Origin: Ralstonia flaminis
Lineage (GTDB): Bacteria > Pseudomonadota > Gammaproteobacteria > Burkholderiales > Burkholderiaceae
Assembly: GCF_958415495.1 (NCBI RefSeq)
Contig: NZ_CATZLL010000010.1
Coordinates: forward strand, 101,267 to 165,266
Direction: 5' to 3'
DNA: 64,000 nt
The notes beneath the pieces are model-generated. The model made no database searches, was not told the origin of the DNA, and saw nothing but the letters and a program-made list of their open reading frames with translations. This document shows, one piece after another, positions 1 to 8,526 of the stretch. How positions within the stretch are numbered: the first letter of the stretch is position 1; each line of letters starts with the position of its first letter. Position numbers and translations under genes: made by a program.

Positions 1-1419
1 GGCGGCCGCCAGGCCGCTCACAATGCTCACCGGCGTCGAGATCACGAGCGCGCAGGGGCAAGCAATCACGAGAAGAACTAGGGCCTTGTAGATCCAGTCC
101 AGCCAAGTCGCACCGAAGACCAGCGGAGGGACGATGGCCACCGCAAGCGCAACCGCGAACACAATGGGCGTGTACAGCCGGGCGAACTGGTCAACGAAGC
201 GCTGCGTGGGCGCTCGACTGCCTTGCGCGGCCTCGACGGCGTGAATGATCCGTGCCAGTGTGGAGTCGCTTGCCGCTGCGGTGACGCGATATTCGAACGA
301 CCCGGATTCGTTGATGGTGCCGGCGAACACGGAGTCGCCCGCTGCCTTCTCGACCGGCAGGCTCTCGCCCGTGATCGGCGCCTGATTGACGGATGACCGC
401 CCCTGCAGAATCGTGCCATCGAGCGCGATGCGCTCGCCCGGCTTGACCCGCACACGGCTGCCAACGGCCACGGTCTTGGCATCGACGTCGGACCAACTGC
501 CGTCGCTGCGCTGTACCGTGGCTGTCTCCGGGGCGAGATCCATCAGCCCCCGGATCGCATCTCGGGCGCGGTCCAGCGAACGGGCTTCGATGACCTCCGC
601 CAAGGCGAAGAGGACCATCACCATCGCCGCTTCCGGCCAATGGCCGATCACCATCGCCCCAGTGACTGCGATCGACATGAGGGCGTTCATGTTCAGGTTG
701 CGGTTCTTGAGCGCGATCCAGCCTTTCTTGTAGGTGGACAGCCCGCCGGTCAGGATCGCGGCCAGCGCCAGGATCACCACCACCCAATGGTTGCCACCGT
801 TGAGCCAATACACCACTTCCGCCAGGACGGCGTTCGCGCCGGCAATGGCAAGCGGCCACCATTTGGTGGGCGCGGCATCTTGTTCGGGAAGCGGTGCTGC
901 GGCAGAGCGGTCGCGCACCTCGGCATCGAAGCCAAGCGACTGAATGGCAGCCAGCACTTGCGGTAGCGCATCGGCAGCGTGTTGAACGGCGAGTGTGCGT
1001 TGGACGAGATTGAACTGCATGTCTGACACGCCCGCCATGCCCGCCAGCTTGCCGCGAATCAGCGTTTCTTCGGTCGGGCAGTCCATCTGACGAATGGTCA
1101 GGACTGTGCTCTGCCCGGCGGGGCTTTCATCGGCGCGAACCGCTCGCATGCCAACGGCTGCCAAGGCTTGCTCGATCGGCGCCGGGGATGGCAGCCGGTG
1201 CTGGACGGCCAGCGAACGCTGCATCAGGTTGAACTCAAGGTTGACCACGCCGGGCAGCGCCGCCAGCTTATTGCGAATGAGCGTTTCTTCCGTCGGGCAG
1301 TCCATGTTGTCGATCCGGTAGCGGGATCGTTTCAGGTCAACAGCCGCCGCATCGCCGTCCGCCGGCGTCACCACGTTGGTGGCAGCACAACCGCACCCCT
1401 TGGAGCCGCAATCACTCAC
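1..1419 (-). CDS. pbrA: Heavy-metal translocating P1B-type ATPase, N-terminal ~473 aa (3' end lies beyond window start); PbrA/CadA/ZntA-like Pb/Cd/Zn efflux pump
   Basis: Own translation of the minus strand gives a continuous frame from a GTG at 1417-1419 to position 1. Two N-terminal metal-binding domains carry MDCPTEE motifs (the CPTEE variant is typical of PbrA/CadA of Cupriavidus). Then TM helices, a TGES actuator motif (APITGESLPVEK) and the CPC transmembrane metal site (ACPCALVISTP). RBS aagggagg sits upstream of the GTG. Not in the ORF track because it runs off the window. Confidence 0.8.
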   Translation of the reverse strand, partial: MSDCGSKGCGCAATNVVTPADGDAAAVDLKRSRYRIDNMDCPTEETLIRNKLAALPGVVNLEFNLMQRSLAVQHRLPSPAPIEQALAAVGMRAVRADESPAGQSTVLTIRQMDCPTEETLIRGKLAGMAGVSDMQFNLVQRTLAVQHAADALPQVLAAIQSLGFDAEVRDRSAAAPLPEQDAAPTKWWPLAIAGANAVLAEVVYWLNGGNHWVVVILALAAILTGGLSTYKKGWIALKNRNLNMNALMSIAVTGAMVIGHWPEAAMVMVLFALAEVIEARSLDRARDAIRGLMDLAPETATVQRSDGSWSDVDAKTVAVGSRVRVKPGERIALDGTILQGRSSVNQAPITGESLPVEKAAGDSVFAGTINESGSFEYRVTAAASDSTLARIIHAVEAAQGSRAPTQRFVDQFARLYTPIVFAVALAVAIVPPLVFGATWLDWIYKALVLLVIACPCALVISTPVSIVSGLAAA

Positions 1420-1506
1420 AGCACCTCCCTTTGTCGCTTGAAATGGATTGGACTCAAGTACACACTCTATAGCTACTATAGAGTCAAGGGACTTCGGCCC
1501 GACATC
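1420..1506. promoter_or_regulatory. Divergent MerR-type promoter/operator region between the ATPase and the MerR regulator; perfect 21-bp palindrome ACTCTATAGCTACTATAGAGT at 1464-1484 flanked by TTGACT
   Basis: Perfect inverted repeat read directly from the sequence. Layout (TTGACT, ~19-20 bp spacer containing the dyad, then a -10-like hexamer) matches long-spacer MerR-family promoters such as PpbrA/PcadA/PzntA. Confidence 0.65.
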
Positions 1507-1938
1507 ATGAACATTCAGATCGGTGAATTCGCCAAGCGCACGGCCTGCCCGATTCAAACCATCCGGTACTACGAGCGCGAAGGCCTGTTGCCGCCGCCGG
1601 ACCGCAGCTCGGGCAACTTCCGGCTGTACAGCGAGCGGCACATTGAGCGGCTGCAGTTCATCCTCCACTGCCGGTCATTGGACATGCCGCTGAACGACGT
1701 GCGGACACTCCTGCGCTACCGCGAGCGACCGGACGAGGATTGCGGCGCGGTGAACACCCTCCTGGACAAGCACATCGAGGAAGTCGAGCGGCGTATCGAG
1801 GCACTGGGGGTGTTAAAGCACCATTTGTGCGCGCTGCGCGAGACCTGTTCCGACGGGCGAGCTGCAGAAGCTTGCGGAATCCTGCAGGGGTTGTCCGAAG
1901 GTAGCGGCACGTGCACTGGAGACGGCACGCACCGCTGA
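1507..1938 (+). CDS. pbrR: MerR-family metal-responsive transcriptional regulator (PbrR/CadR/ZntR-like), 143 aa
   Basis: N-terminal HTH (IGEFAKRTACPIQTIRYYEREGLL), dimerisation helix, and conserved Cys at about 79, 112, 121 and 128 (HCRSLDM, DEDCG, HLCALRETC) as in Pb/Cd-sensing MerR proteins. Divergent from the ATPase. In-frame internal start of track ORF 1168..1938. Confidence 0.75.
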   Translation: MNIQIGEFAKRTACPIQTIRYYEREGLLPPPDRSSGNFRLYSERHIERLQFILHCRSLDMPLNDVRTLLRYRERPDEDCGAVNTLLDKHIEEVERRIEALGVLKHHLCALRETCSDGRAAEACGILQGLSEGSGTCTGDGTHR

Positions 1939-1952
1939 CACGAAGGGGAATG

Positions 1953-1996
1953 GCCGAACGGGTTCGCTATGTGACCCCTTCGGCCGCATGTTTTTT
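1953..1996 (+). terminator. Possible intrinsic terminator after the MerR gene (stem GGCCGAA...TTCGGCC then TTTTTT)
   Basis: Inverted repeat 1953-1959/1979-1985 followed by a T6 run at 1991-1996. The loop is long (19 nt), so the call is moderate. Confidence 0.35.
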
Positions 1997-2082
1997 GACC
2001 AGCGCGACATCTGCGTCACGAAACATGAATTACAATCATTCTCATTTAAAGCCATTTCTCCCGCTTCGCCGGTAGGCTCTTC

Positions 2083-4011
2083 ATGCAACTGCAGCGCGTC
2101 GTCACCCTCATCCTGTTCTACCTGCTGACATCGGTTTCAAGCGCGTACGCCGACACGCTGTCCACTCAAGACAAGACCAAGCAGGTCTGGCAATTACTCG
2201 ACTATCTGGCGGTCGATTACGGTCGCTCCGTCAAGGACGGCCAGGTGGCCAATGCCGATGAGTACGCCGAAATGCAGGAGTTTGCGCATGCGGCGCAGCG
2301 CCAGATTGCCGAGTTGCCGGCGGGGCCACAGACGCAAGCCTTGCTCAAGGATGCTGGCGCGTTGCGCACGCTCATCGCCGACAAGGCCGCACCCACCGTC
2401 GTCGGTGAACAGGCGCATAAGCTCGCGGACAGCTTGCTGGCCGCCTACCCGGTGCCGATGGCGCCCAGCAAGGTGCCCGACCTGAAGCATGGAGCTACGC
2501 TGTATCAAAGCCAGTGCGCGTCCTGCCATGGCAACACCGGACACGCCGATGGTCCGCTGGCCGCCAAGCTGAGCCCGCCCCCCATAGCCCTGGCCGATCA
2601 TCAGCGCGCCCAGGAGCGCAGCGTCTTCGCCCTCCAGCAGATCATCACGCGCGGTGTCGAGGGCACCTCGATGCCGAGCTTCGCGCAGCTCACTGACGAT
2701 GATCGCTGGGCACTGGCCTATTTTGCGTCGACCTTGTCCTATTCCGATGCGGACCGGCAAGCCGGCGCCAAATTGTGGGCATCCCGCCCGGAGCTGCATA
2801 GCGCGGTGCCGACGCTCGCCAAGCTCAGCCAGACGCCAGAAGCGTTGCTGGCCAAGACGATCAGCCCGGATGCCGCGCGGCAATTGACCGCCTATTTGAG
2901 AAGCGCGCCGGATGTGCTGAACGCCTCCAACGCAGACAGTCTCGCAATCGCCAAGGACAAGCTCAAAGAGAGCGTAGCCGCCTTCGACCAGGGCGACAAA
3001 GCGACTGCCTCGCGCCTGGCGCTCTCCGCCTACCTCGACGGCTTCGAGCCGGTCGAACCGGCCCTGGCCGCCAAGAACCAGTCGCTGTTCCAGGACATCG
3101 AAAAAATGATGGGCCTGTATCGCAACGCGATCACTACCGGTCAGGCCGAGCAGGTACGGGACATCGCGCAGCATCTGCAGACGATGCTGACTGAAGCCCA
3201 GGATGCACTGGGTGGCACCAACGACCCGCTGTCGACGTTCCTGGGCGCCTTGACGATCCTGCTGCGCGAGGGCCTGGAGGCACTGCTTGTCGTGGTCGCC
3301 ATGATGGCCTTCCTGAAGAAGGCCGAACGCACCGACGTGCTGCCATACGTCCATGCCGGCTGGATTGTTGCGCTGGCCGCCGGTGGACTGACGTGGGCCG
3401 TCGCTACCTACCTGGTGGATTTGAGCGGTGCCAGCCGCGAGATGACCGAAGGCTTCTCGGCAATCTTTGCGGCCGTGGTCCTGCTCGGCGTGGGCATGTG
3501 GATGCACCAGAAGAGCCTGGCCGGTCGCTGGCAGGCCTATGTGAAGCAGAAGCTGTCCTCCGCGCTGAACAAGCGCTCGGCGATCATGCTGTTCGTGCTG
3601 TCATTCGTGACGGTGTACCGCGAGGTGTTCGAGACCGTGCTGTTCTACGCCGCGCTGTGGAGCGAAGGGAACGGCATCTACCTGCTGGCCGGCTTGGGCT
3701 CCGGGATTGCGATCCTGGCGATCATCGCCGTCGTGCTGCTGCGCTCCTCGGCGCGCCTGCCGATCCGCCAGTTCTTTGCCTTCAGCTCGGCTCTGGTCGC
3801 GGTCCTGGCAGTGGTGCTGATCGGCAAGGGCGTTGCGGCGTTGCAGAAGGTTGGTTTTCTGCACATCACGCCGATTTCGATGCCGCGTATTGACGTGCTG
3901 GGGATTTACCCGTCCATGCAGACGGTGATCGCACAGGTGGCGATCTTGCTGATCATTGTGCTCAGCTTCGCGTATAACCTCCGATCGCAGAAGGCATCGA
4001 GCAAAGCGTAG
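2083..4011 (+). CDS. pbrT: Cytochrome c domain fused to an FTR1/ILT-family permease (PbrT-like putative Pb(II) uptake protein), 642 aa
   Basis: Signal peptide, CxxCH haem-binding motif (CASCHG), then a multi-TM C-terminal domain with two RExxE motifs (REGLEAL, REVFETV) diagnostic of FTR1/ILT permeases. Lies directly downstream of the MerR gene, as in pbrRT. Confidence 0.7.
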   Translation: MQLQRVVTLILFYLLTSVSSAYADTLSTQDKTKQVWQLLDYLAVDYGRSVKDGQVANADEYAEMQEFAHAAQRQIAELPAGPQTQALLKDAGALRTLIADKAAPTVVGEQAHKLADSLLAAYPVPMAPSKVPDLKHGATLYQSQCASCHGNTGHADGPLAAKLSPPPIALADHQRAQERSVFALQQIITRGVEGTSMPSFAQLTDDDRWALAYFASTLSYSDADRQAGAKLWASRPELHSAVPTLAKLSQTPEALLAKTISPDAARQLTAYLRSAPDVLNASNADSLAIAKDKLKESVAAFDQGDKATASRLALSAYLDGFEPVEPALAAKNQSLFQDIEKMMGLYRNAITTGQAEQVRDIAQHLQTMLTEAQDALGGTNDPLSTFLGALTILLREGLEALLVVVAMMAFLKKAERTDVLPYVHAGWIVALAAGGLTWAVATYLVDLSGASREMTEGFSAIFAAVVLLGVGMWMHQKSLAGRWQAYVKQKLSSALNKRSAIMLFVLSFVTVYREVFETVLFYAALWSEGNGIYLLAGLGSGIAILAIIAVVLLRSSARLPIRQFFAFSSALVAVLAVVLIGKGVAALQKVGFLHITPISMPRIDVLGIYPSMQTVIAQVAILLIIVLSFAYNLRSQKASSKA

Positions 4012-4035
4012 TCGCTACCTTGATTTGAGAGTTCA

Positions 4036-4998
4036 ATGGCGGATATCGACAGGTATCTGCAGGCAGCGACCCGCGATCACACACGGCGCAGCTATCAGTC
4101 CGCCATCCGTCATTTCGAGCAAGAGTGGGGTGGCTTCCTGCCGGCCAGCGCCGACAGCGTTGCACGCTATCTGGCTGAGCACGCACAGACGCTTTCCATC
4201 AACACGCTGCGCCAACGGTTGGCTGCGATCGCGCAGTGGCACGTTTCGCAGGGCTTTCCCGACCCCACGCGAGCACCGCACGTCCGCAAGGTGCTCAAGG
4301 GCATCCAGGCACTGCACCCCGCGCAGGAGCGGCGCGCCAAGCCATTGCAGCTCGCCCAGTTGGAGCAACTGGTTGCCTCGCTGGATGCGCAGATCGCGAC
4401 CGCCTCGTCTGAGGGCAACGCCCATCAACTCCAGGTGCATACCCGCAACAAGGCGCTGGTGCTGATCGGCTTCTGGCGGGGCTTCCGGTCGGACGAACTG
4501 AGTCGGCTGCAGATCGAGCACATCACGGTGGAGCCCGGCCGGGGCATGACGATTTTCCTGCCGCGCACCAAGACGGACCGCAACCATGTCGGTACGACCC
4601 ACAAGGCGCCCGCGTTGTCGCGCTTGTGCCCAGTCGCCGCCTACGAGGCCTGGTTGGCGGCGTCCGGCCTGACCGAGGGCCCCGCGTTCCGCAGGATTGA
4701 CCGCTGGAGCCGAATCGCAGCCGATGGACTGCAGGCCAGCAGCATCGTGCCTTTGTTGCGCGCGCTGCTCCATCGCGCAGGACTGCCGCAATCGGACCGC
4801 TACAGCAGCCACTCACTACGACGGGGCTTTGCAACCTGGGCGAACTCGAACCAGTGGGATCTCAAGATGCTGATGGAATACGTCGGCTGGAAGGACGTAC
4901 GCTCGGCCATGCGCTATATCGACGCGGCCGACCCATTTGCCCAGCATCGGATCGAAACAGCGCTGTCGGTCGCACCCCGGCCGGGCATTGCAGTCTGA
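4036..4998 (+). CDS. Tyrosine site-specific recombinase (phage-integrase family), 320 aa; probable Tn3-family cointegrate resolvase (TnpI/TnpS-like)
   Basis: C-terminal catalytic motifs HSLRRGFAT and the RY tyrosine (MRYIDAA), with an N-terminal SAM-like domain. Convergent with and adjacent to the Tn3-family tnpA. Confidence 0.7.
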   Translation: MADIDRYLQAATRDHTRRSYQSAIRHFEQEWGGFLPASADSVARYLAEHAQTLSINTLRQRLAAIAQWHVSQGFPDPTRAPHVRKVLKGIQALHPAQERRAKPLQLAQLEQLVASLDAQIATASSEGNAHQLQVHTRNKALVLIGFWRGFRSDELSRLQIEHITVEPGRGMTIFLPRTKTDRNHVGTTHKAPALSRLCPVAAYEAWLAASGLTEGPAFRRIDRWSRIAADGLQASSIVPLLRALLHRAGLPQSDRYSSHSLRRGFATWANSNQWDLKMLMEYVGWKDVRSAMRYIDAADPFAQHRIETALSVAPRPGIAV

Positions 4999-5097
4999 CA
5001 GGTCCGGTCTGGCGGACCTCTGCCATTGCTTTGACGCAGTAACCTTGCATGAACCTCTAATAAACGCGATTGCGGCCGACCCGTGCCAAGCAGGACT

Positions 5098-8031
5098 TCA
5101 TGCTTGGCTCGCACGCCGGCGAGGTGCCGCCTCCAACAGGGCATCCTGAAATTGGTGGATCTTGAAGCTCAAAACGCCCCGGAAATTCACATGGGCGAAG
5201 TGTGCCGGCCCCATGCGGCGCAGCCAGTCATCGTCGATCCGTTGCCCCTTGCGCTGCCACGTATCCACCGTCGTTTGCATCCGCTCGGTATTCCAGGCAA
5301 TCACCAGATTGGTCAGCAGCGAGAGCGCCCCGGAAATCGCGATCATCTCGTCCTGGCGGCGACCGCGCTCGTGTTGGACCTTACTCATATAAATCGCCCG
5401 CTGGAGATGGTGCACGGATTCACCCCGATTGAGGAGCGTGCGCAACTCGCGACGAAACTCGATGTTGCTGAAAAAGTCGCATAGGAACAGCGTGCGCAGC
5501 AGCTTGCCCAGGTGATCCGCTGCCCGGTGGATCGGGTCACCCTGGGCAGCACTGCCGAAGCGTTGCAGCGCAACGATCGCGCTCACGCGCCCCGCGTGAA
5601 TGGACGCCACCAGGCGTAGCAAGCCATCCCAGCCGTCGCGGATCGCCTTGAGGGAGACCTCGTGCGACACGGCAGCCGACAATCCCTCCGTCACCGACAG
5701 GGCACGCGGCAGGTACAGCTTGCGCTCCGACAGGTTGCGCAGCCAGGGACAGAGGTCAAAGCCAAGTAGCTTGGCCACCGCCATCCCCACGTTCGTGTAG
5801 CCATGGGTGTCGACGGCGAGCCGCAGCAGCCCACCGTCAGCGCGGGTTTCGTTGTGACGCATGACGCCTTCGATCGCCGCGCCAGTTTGGCGCTCGTTGA
5901 GCACCATCGGCTGGTTGTAGACGATCCCATGCTGATCCAGCACGTGCGTATAGACGCCAGCGGCGTGCGTGCGTCGGCGGGGATCAGCGCGCGCGTAGAA
6001 CAGATGTGGGGACGTGTCCAGGCTCATGGAGTCGCTGGAGGCGAGTTGGCCGGTGCCCCATAGATCGGTGATCGGGTGCGTGCGCTGGAACTCCACCACA
6101 CGTTCGTTGGCGCGGCGCAGCCGGCCGGGCATTTCCAGGGAGCGCATCGCGGTGGAGACGTGCGCGAGGTCCAACTGCGGGATCATCGCCGCGACGCCCT
6201 TGGCATCCAGTTCGGTGCCGTGCGCGATCAGGGCTGCATAAAGGGAGACGAGTTCGTGGGCATCCCGCGCCTTGCGCGCCAACAGCACTTCACTGAAATT
6301 GGTGCGCGCATCCATCTCCAGAATCATGTCGGCAAACTGTGCGCTGCCGATGTCCTTGAACAGCAGATCTCGGGTGCGTTGAGGCGTGGTATCCGTGGTC
6401 TGCGCTTCCAATGGCGACAAATGCAGGATGCCGTCCGCGTCGATCGTAAAGTGGCCAGCCTCACGGGCCTCGTCCAGCGCAGCGAGACCCGCCTTCAAAT
6501 GCTCGGTCAGGCGATCAAGATAGAGCCTCGCTTGGCTTGGCAGGCCGAGCGAAGACAGATGCCGGTCGCGGTCGACCTCCCACTGTGCCGGCGGAATCAG
6601 CAACTGGTCTCGTTCTCGAAACGACAGGCTATGGTTGATCCACACCGTGCCGCGGCGCAGCCCCTTGCGCAAACTCATTACAGCAGAGGCCTCCAAGGCA
6701 CGCAGCGCGCGCTGGCGGTCCTCACCGTCGACCAGGTCGCGCCAACTGGCGCTCACTGGCACATTGCAGTCTGGCGGCAACTCCGTCATGCCCCGATCGT
6801 GCAAACCGCCAACGAGATCGAGTTGGCGCATGGCAGGATCGTTACCGTGACTGGCGAATTCCAACGCCCGCAAGGGTGTCAGGAGGTTGCGGAGTCGGTG
6901 GTGGTCTTCGGTAAGGGTTTCGCGCACGCTTGCGGCGTGACTTGCCGGCGGCCGACTGGACAGACCCTTAAGCAGCTTGCCGATGTCGGCCAGTCGGTCC
7001 TCGGCCGAGCGGCGGGTATCGTCCACCAGGGCCTTGATCTCCACCAGTTGCTGCCGGTATTCGATCGCCGAGCGGGCTTGCTTCGTCGTGGTCTTGTTGT
7101 ACGCCTGCCGGACCAGGTCTGAGATACGGCGCCCGCTTTGGTACACCATGGCGTCAGTCAACTCCAGCAAGGTGACACGCAGGAAGAACACCAGTTCGAG
7201 CGTGCGCGTCGACGCTTTGAGTTCGCGGATTTTGGCGGGACGGCGGGCCTGGATACGTTGGCCGTAGGCCCGCTGTTTCTCGATGGGGACCGCGTCAAAT
7301 GTCCAGGTATGCGCGCCGAGGTCCTTCAAGAAGCTGATCTTGGCCAGCATCTCGGTCATCGTTGACGGGCTGTGGCGCGCGGGTGGGGTCTTGAGCCATT
7401 CCAGCACCGTCGTGCCCGATGTGGCGTGCTGGGCAAACACCGCAGCCTCGGCCCGCAGGATCTGCTCGCGCGAGACCACCACGTCGATCATGGCCAGCAG
7501 ATCCCGCTCGATGCCCGCCCAGATGGAGCGGGCCAGATCCTGCAGCGCACGCGTCGACGGGATCAGAATGCGCCGTTCGTACAACCAGTAGTGCGCGTGC
7601 TGAAGCAGTTCCTCAACGGTCAGCGATTCGGCGGCGTCCTGACGCATCCAGGCTTCGAGTCCGGCCCATTGCTCGTCATCGAGGCGTGTCAGGCCCAGAT
7701 ATTGGAGGGCCCAGACCTGATGCTCATACAGCGTCGGGTATCGCTGGTAAATGGTGCGCAGCGAGGCGATCGTTGGTGTCTCGACGGCGAGTTTTTCGCC
7801 GATATAGCGCAGCAACTGACGGGGGAGTGTGTTGAGTTGGTCCAGCGTACGGCCGCTGGCGCGCAGAAAGACCAACTGAATGGCGACTCCAGGGCGGCTG
7901 GCGCGTCGGAACTTCTGGTTGATCGCGGCGACATCGCTAGCGGTCAACGCGAAGTAATGCTCGACGTCGAACTCCGGCAGACGCGTGGGTAGGGAGTCTC
8001 TTCCCACATAGCGAAATTCCAAGCCCGGCAT
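5098..8031 (-). CDS. tnpA: Tn3-family transposase TnpA, 977 aa
   Basis: Size, N-terminal DUF4158-like region and overall Tn3 TnpA architecture. Its start lies ~130 bp inside a GGGG-type terminal inverted repeat. Confidence 0.8.
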   Translation of the reverse strand: MPGLEFRYVGRDSLPTRLPEFDVEHYFALTASDVAAINQKFRRASRPGVAIQLVFLRASGRTLDQLNTLPRQLLRYIGEKLAVETPTIASLRTIYQRYPTLYEHQVWALQYLGLTRLDDEQWAGLEAWMRQDAAESLTVEELLQHAHYWLYERRILIPSTRALQDLARSIWAGIERDLLAMIDVVVSREQILRAEAAVFAQHATSGTTVLEWLKTPPARHSPSTMTEMLAKISFLKDLGAHTWTFDAVPIEKQRAYGQRIQARRPAKIRELKASTRTLELVFFLRVTLLELTDAMVYQSGRRISDLVRQAYNKTTTKQARSAIEYRQQLVEIKALVDDTRRSAEDRLADIGKLLKGLSSRPPASHAASVRETLTEDHHRLRNLLTPLRALEFASHGNDPAMRQLDLVGGLHDRGMTELPPDCNVPVSASWRDLVDGEDRQRALRALEASAVMSLRKGLRRGTVWINHSLSFRERDQLLIPPAQWEVDRDRHLSSLGLPSQARLYLDRLTEHLKAGLAALDEAREAGHFTIDADGILHLSPLEAQTTDTTPQRTRDLLFKDIGSAQFADMILEMDARTNFSEVLLARKARDAHELVSLYAALIAHGTELDAKGVAAMIPQLDLAHVSTAMRSLEMPGRLRRANERVVEFQRTHPITDLWGTGQLASSDSMSLDTSPHLFYARADPRRRTHAAGVYTHVLDQHGIVYNQPMVLNERQTGAAIEGVMRHNETRADGGLLRLAVDTHGYTNVGMAVAKLLGFDLCPWLRNLSERKLYLPRALSVTEGLSAAVSHEVSLKAIRDGWDGLLRLVASIHAGRVSAIVALQRFGSAAQGDPIHRAADHLGKLLRTLFLCDFFSNIEFRRELRTLLNRGESVHHLQRAIYMSKVQHERGRRQDEMIAISGALSLLTNLVIAWNTERMQTTVDTWQRKGQRIDDDWLRRMGPAHFAHVNFRGVLSFKIHQFQDALLEAAPRRRASQA

Positions 8032-8157
8032 CTTGTGCCCCCGTCAAGGTGGCGCGATCCGAAATCGCGGGCGAATATCGTACTCCCGAAGTCACTGGAG
8101 GGCAGCAGACAATTGTCGGCAGAGACCTGGGGCCCTTATGAATAAAGGCTCTGCGGG

Positions 8158-8195
8158 GAAACCGTAAGAAAATGCACGAAAAGGACAATTACCCC
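8158..8195. repeat. Putative 38-bp Tn3-family terminal inverted repeat (outer end at 8195); reads 5'-GGGGTAATTGTCCTTTTCGTGCATTTTCTTACGGTTTC-3' on the minus strand, pointing inward toward tnpA
   Basis: Starts with the GGGG typical of Tn3-family IRs and has a TTCTTACGG stretch near the inner end where Tn3 IRs carry a TAAG. The flanking ORF is terminated by a stop codon lying inside this sequence, as expected for an insertion junction. Confidence 0.5.
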
Positions 8196-8434
8196 GCAAA
8201 CTGCGGAAACAACGTGGCCAGCGCCTGCTGATCGGTTTCGACGAACGTGCGCAGGCCATCCATCGCGACGACCAGTTGGTGATCAAACATGTCCGCTTCA
8301 TCCGACAGATCAACGCGGACCGAGGCCTTGAAGGCTGCGAGCGCCTTCTCGCGCGTCACGTCTGCCCCCATCCAGCCCAGACTGCGAATGAACGTGTGCA
8401 CTTCTTTTTTTCTGTGGGAGAAGCCGTTCAGCAT
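8189..8434 (-). pseudogene. Gene fragment (81 codons) truncated by the transposon insertion; its stop codon TAA lies inside the IR (GGGGTAA)
   Basis: ORF runs from an ATG at 8434 into the IR, where the first in-frame stop is supplied by IR sequence. No domain recognised. Confidence 0.4.
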
Positions 8435-8471
8435 CGACGGCTGAGATTTGAATCGTAGTCATTTCGATATC

Positions 8472-8509
8472 TCAAAAAAAAAATGGTCCGCCTCTGGTGA
8501 GAGCGGACC
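8472..8509 (-). terminator. Rho-independent terminator downstream of the SbcC-like gene (stem GGTCCGCTCTCACCAGAGGCGGACC followed by T10 on the minus strand)
   Basis: Perfect 7-bp stem at 8485-8509 and an A10 run at 8474-8483 on the plus strand, which is a U-run on the minus transcript. Confidence 0.7.
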
Positions 8510-8526
8510 AATATGGTTGGTGGAAC

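Larger units (their letters stand above)
4036..8195. mobile_element. Tn3-family transposition module (tyrosine recombinase + tnpA + right IR). The left boundary is not in the window; the pbr genes to the left may be passenger genes of the same transposon
   Basis: tnpA, recombinase and IR as above. No matching IR copy is present between 1 and 5098, so the element probably extends past the window start. Confidence 0.5.

Noticed and set aside
78-971. ORF-track ORFs 78..482(-), 191..862(-), 386..733(+), 640..966(+), 774..971(-)
   Set aside because: All lie inside the P-type ATPase gene. That gene is read in a different minus-strand frame that gives continuous, motif-bearing protein (TGES, CPC). 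These are GC-driven spurious frames full of Arg/Ala/Pro.
2194-3507. 437-aa minus-strand ORF antisense to pbrT
   Set aside because: Arg/Gly/Ala/Leu-rich low-complexity translation with no motifs. It is fully contained in the pbrT gene, which has clear CxxCH and RExxE motifs.
5030-5100. Expected Tn3-family IR at the 3' end of tnpA
   Set aside because: No GGGG/CCCC-terminated repeat is present there. Only two small hairpins between the convergent tnpA and recombinase genes. The IR is instead at the tnpA 5' side (8158-8195).
6076-7992. Plus-strand ORFs of 348 aa and 206 aa antisense to tnpA
   Set aside because: Embedded in the well-supported Tn3 transposase gene. Typical high-GC antisense artefacts.
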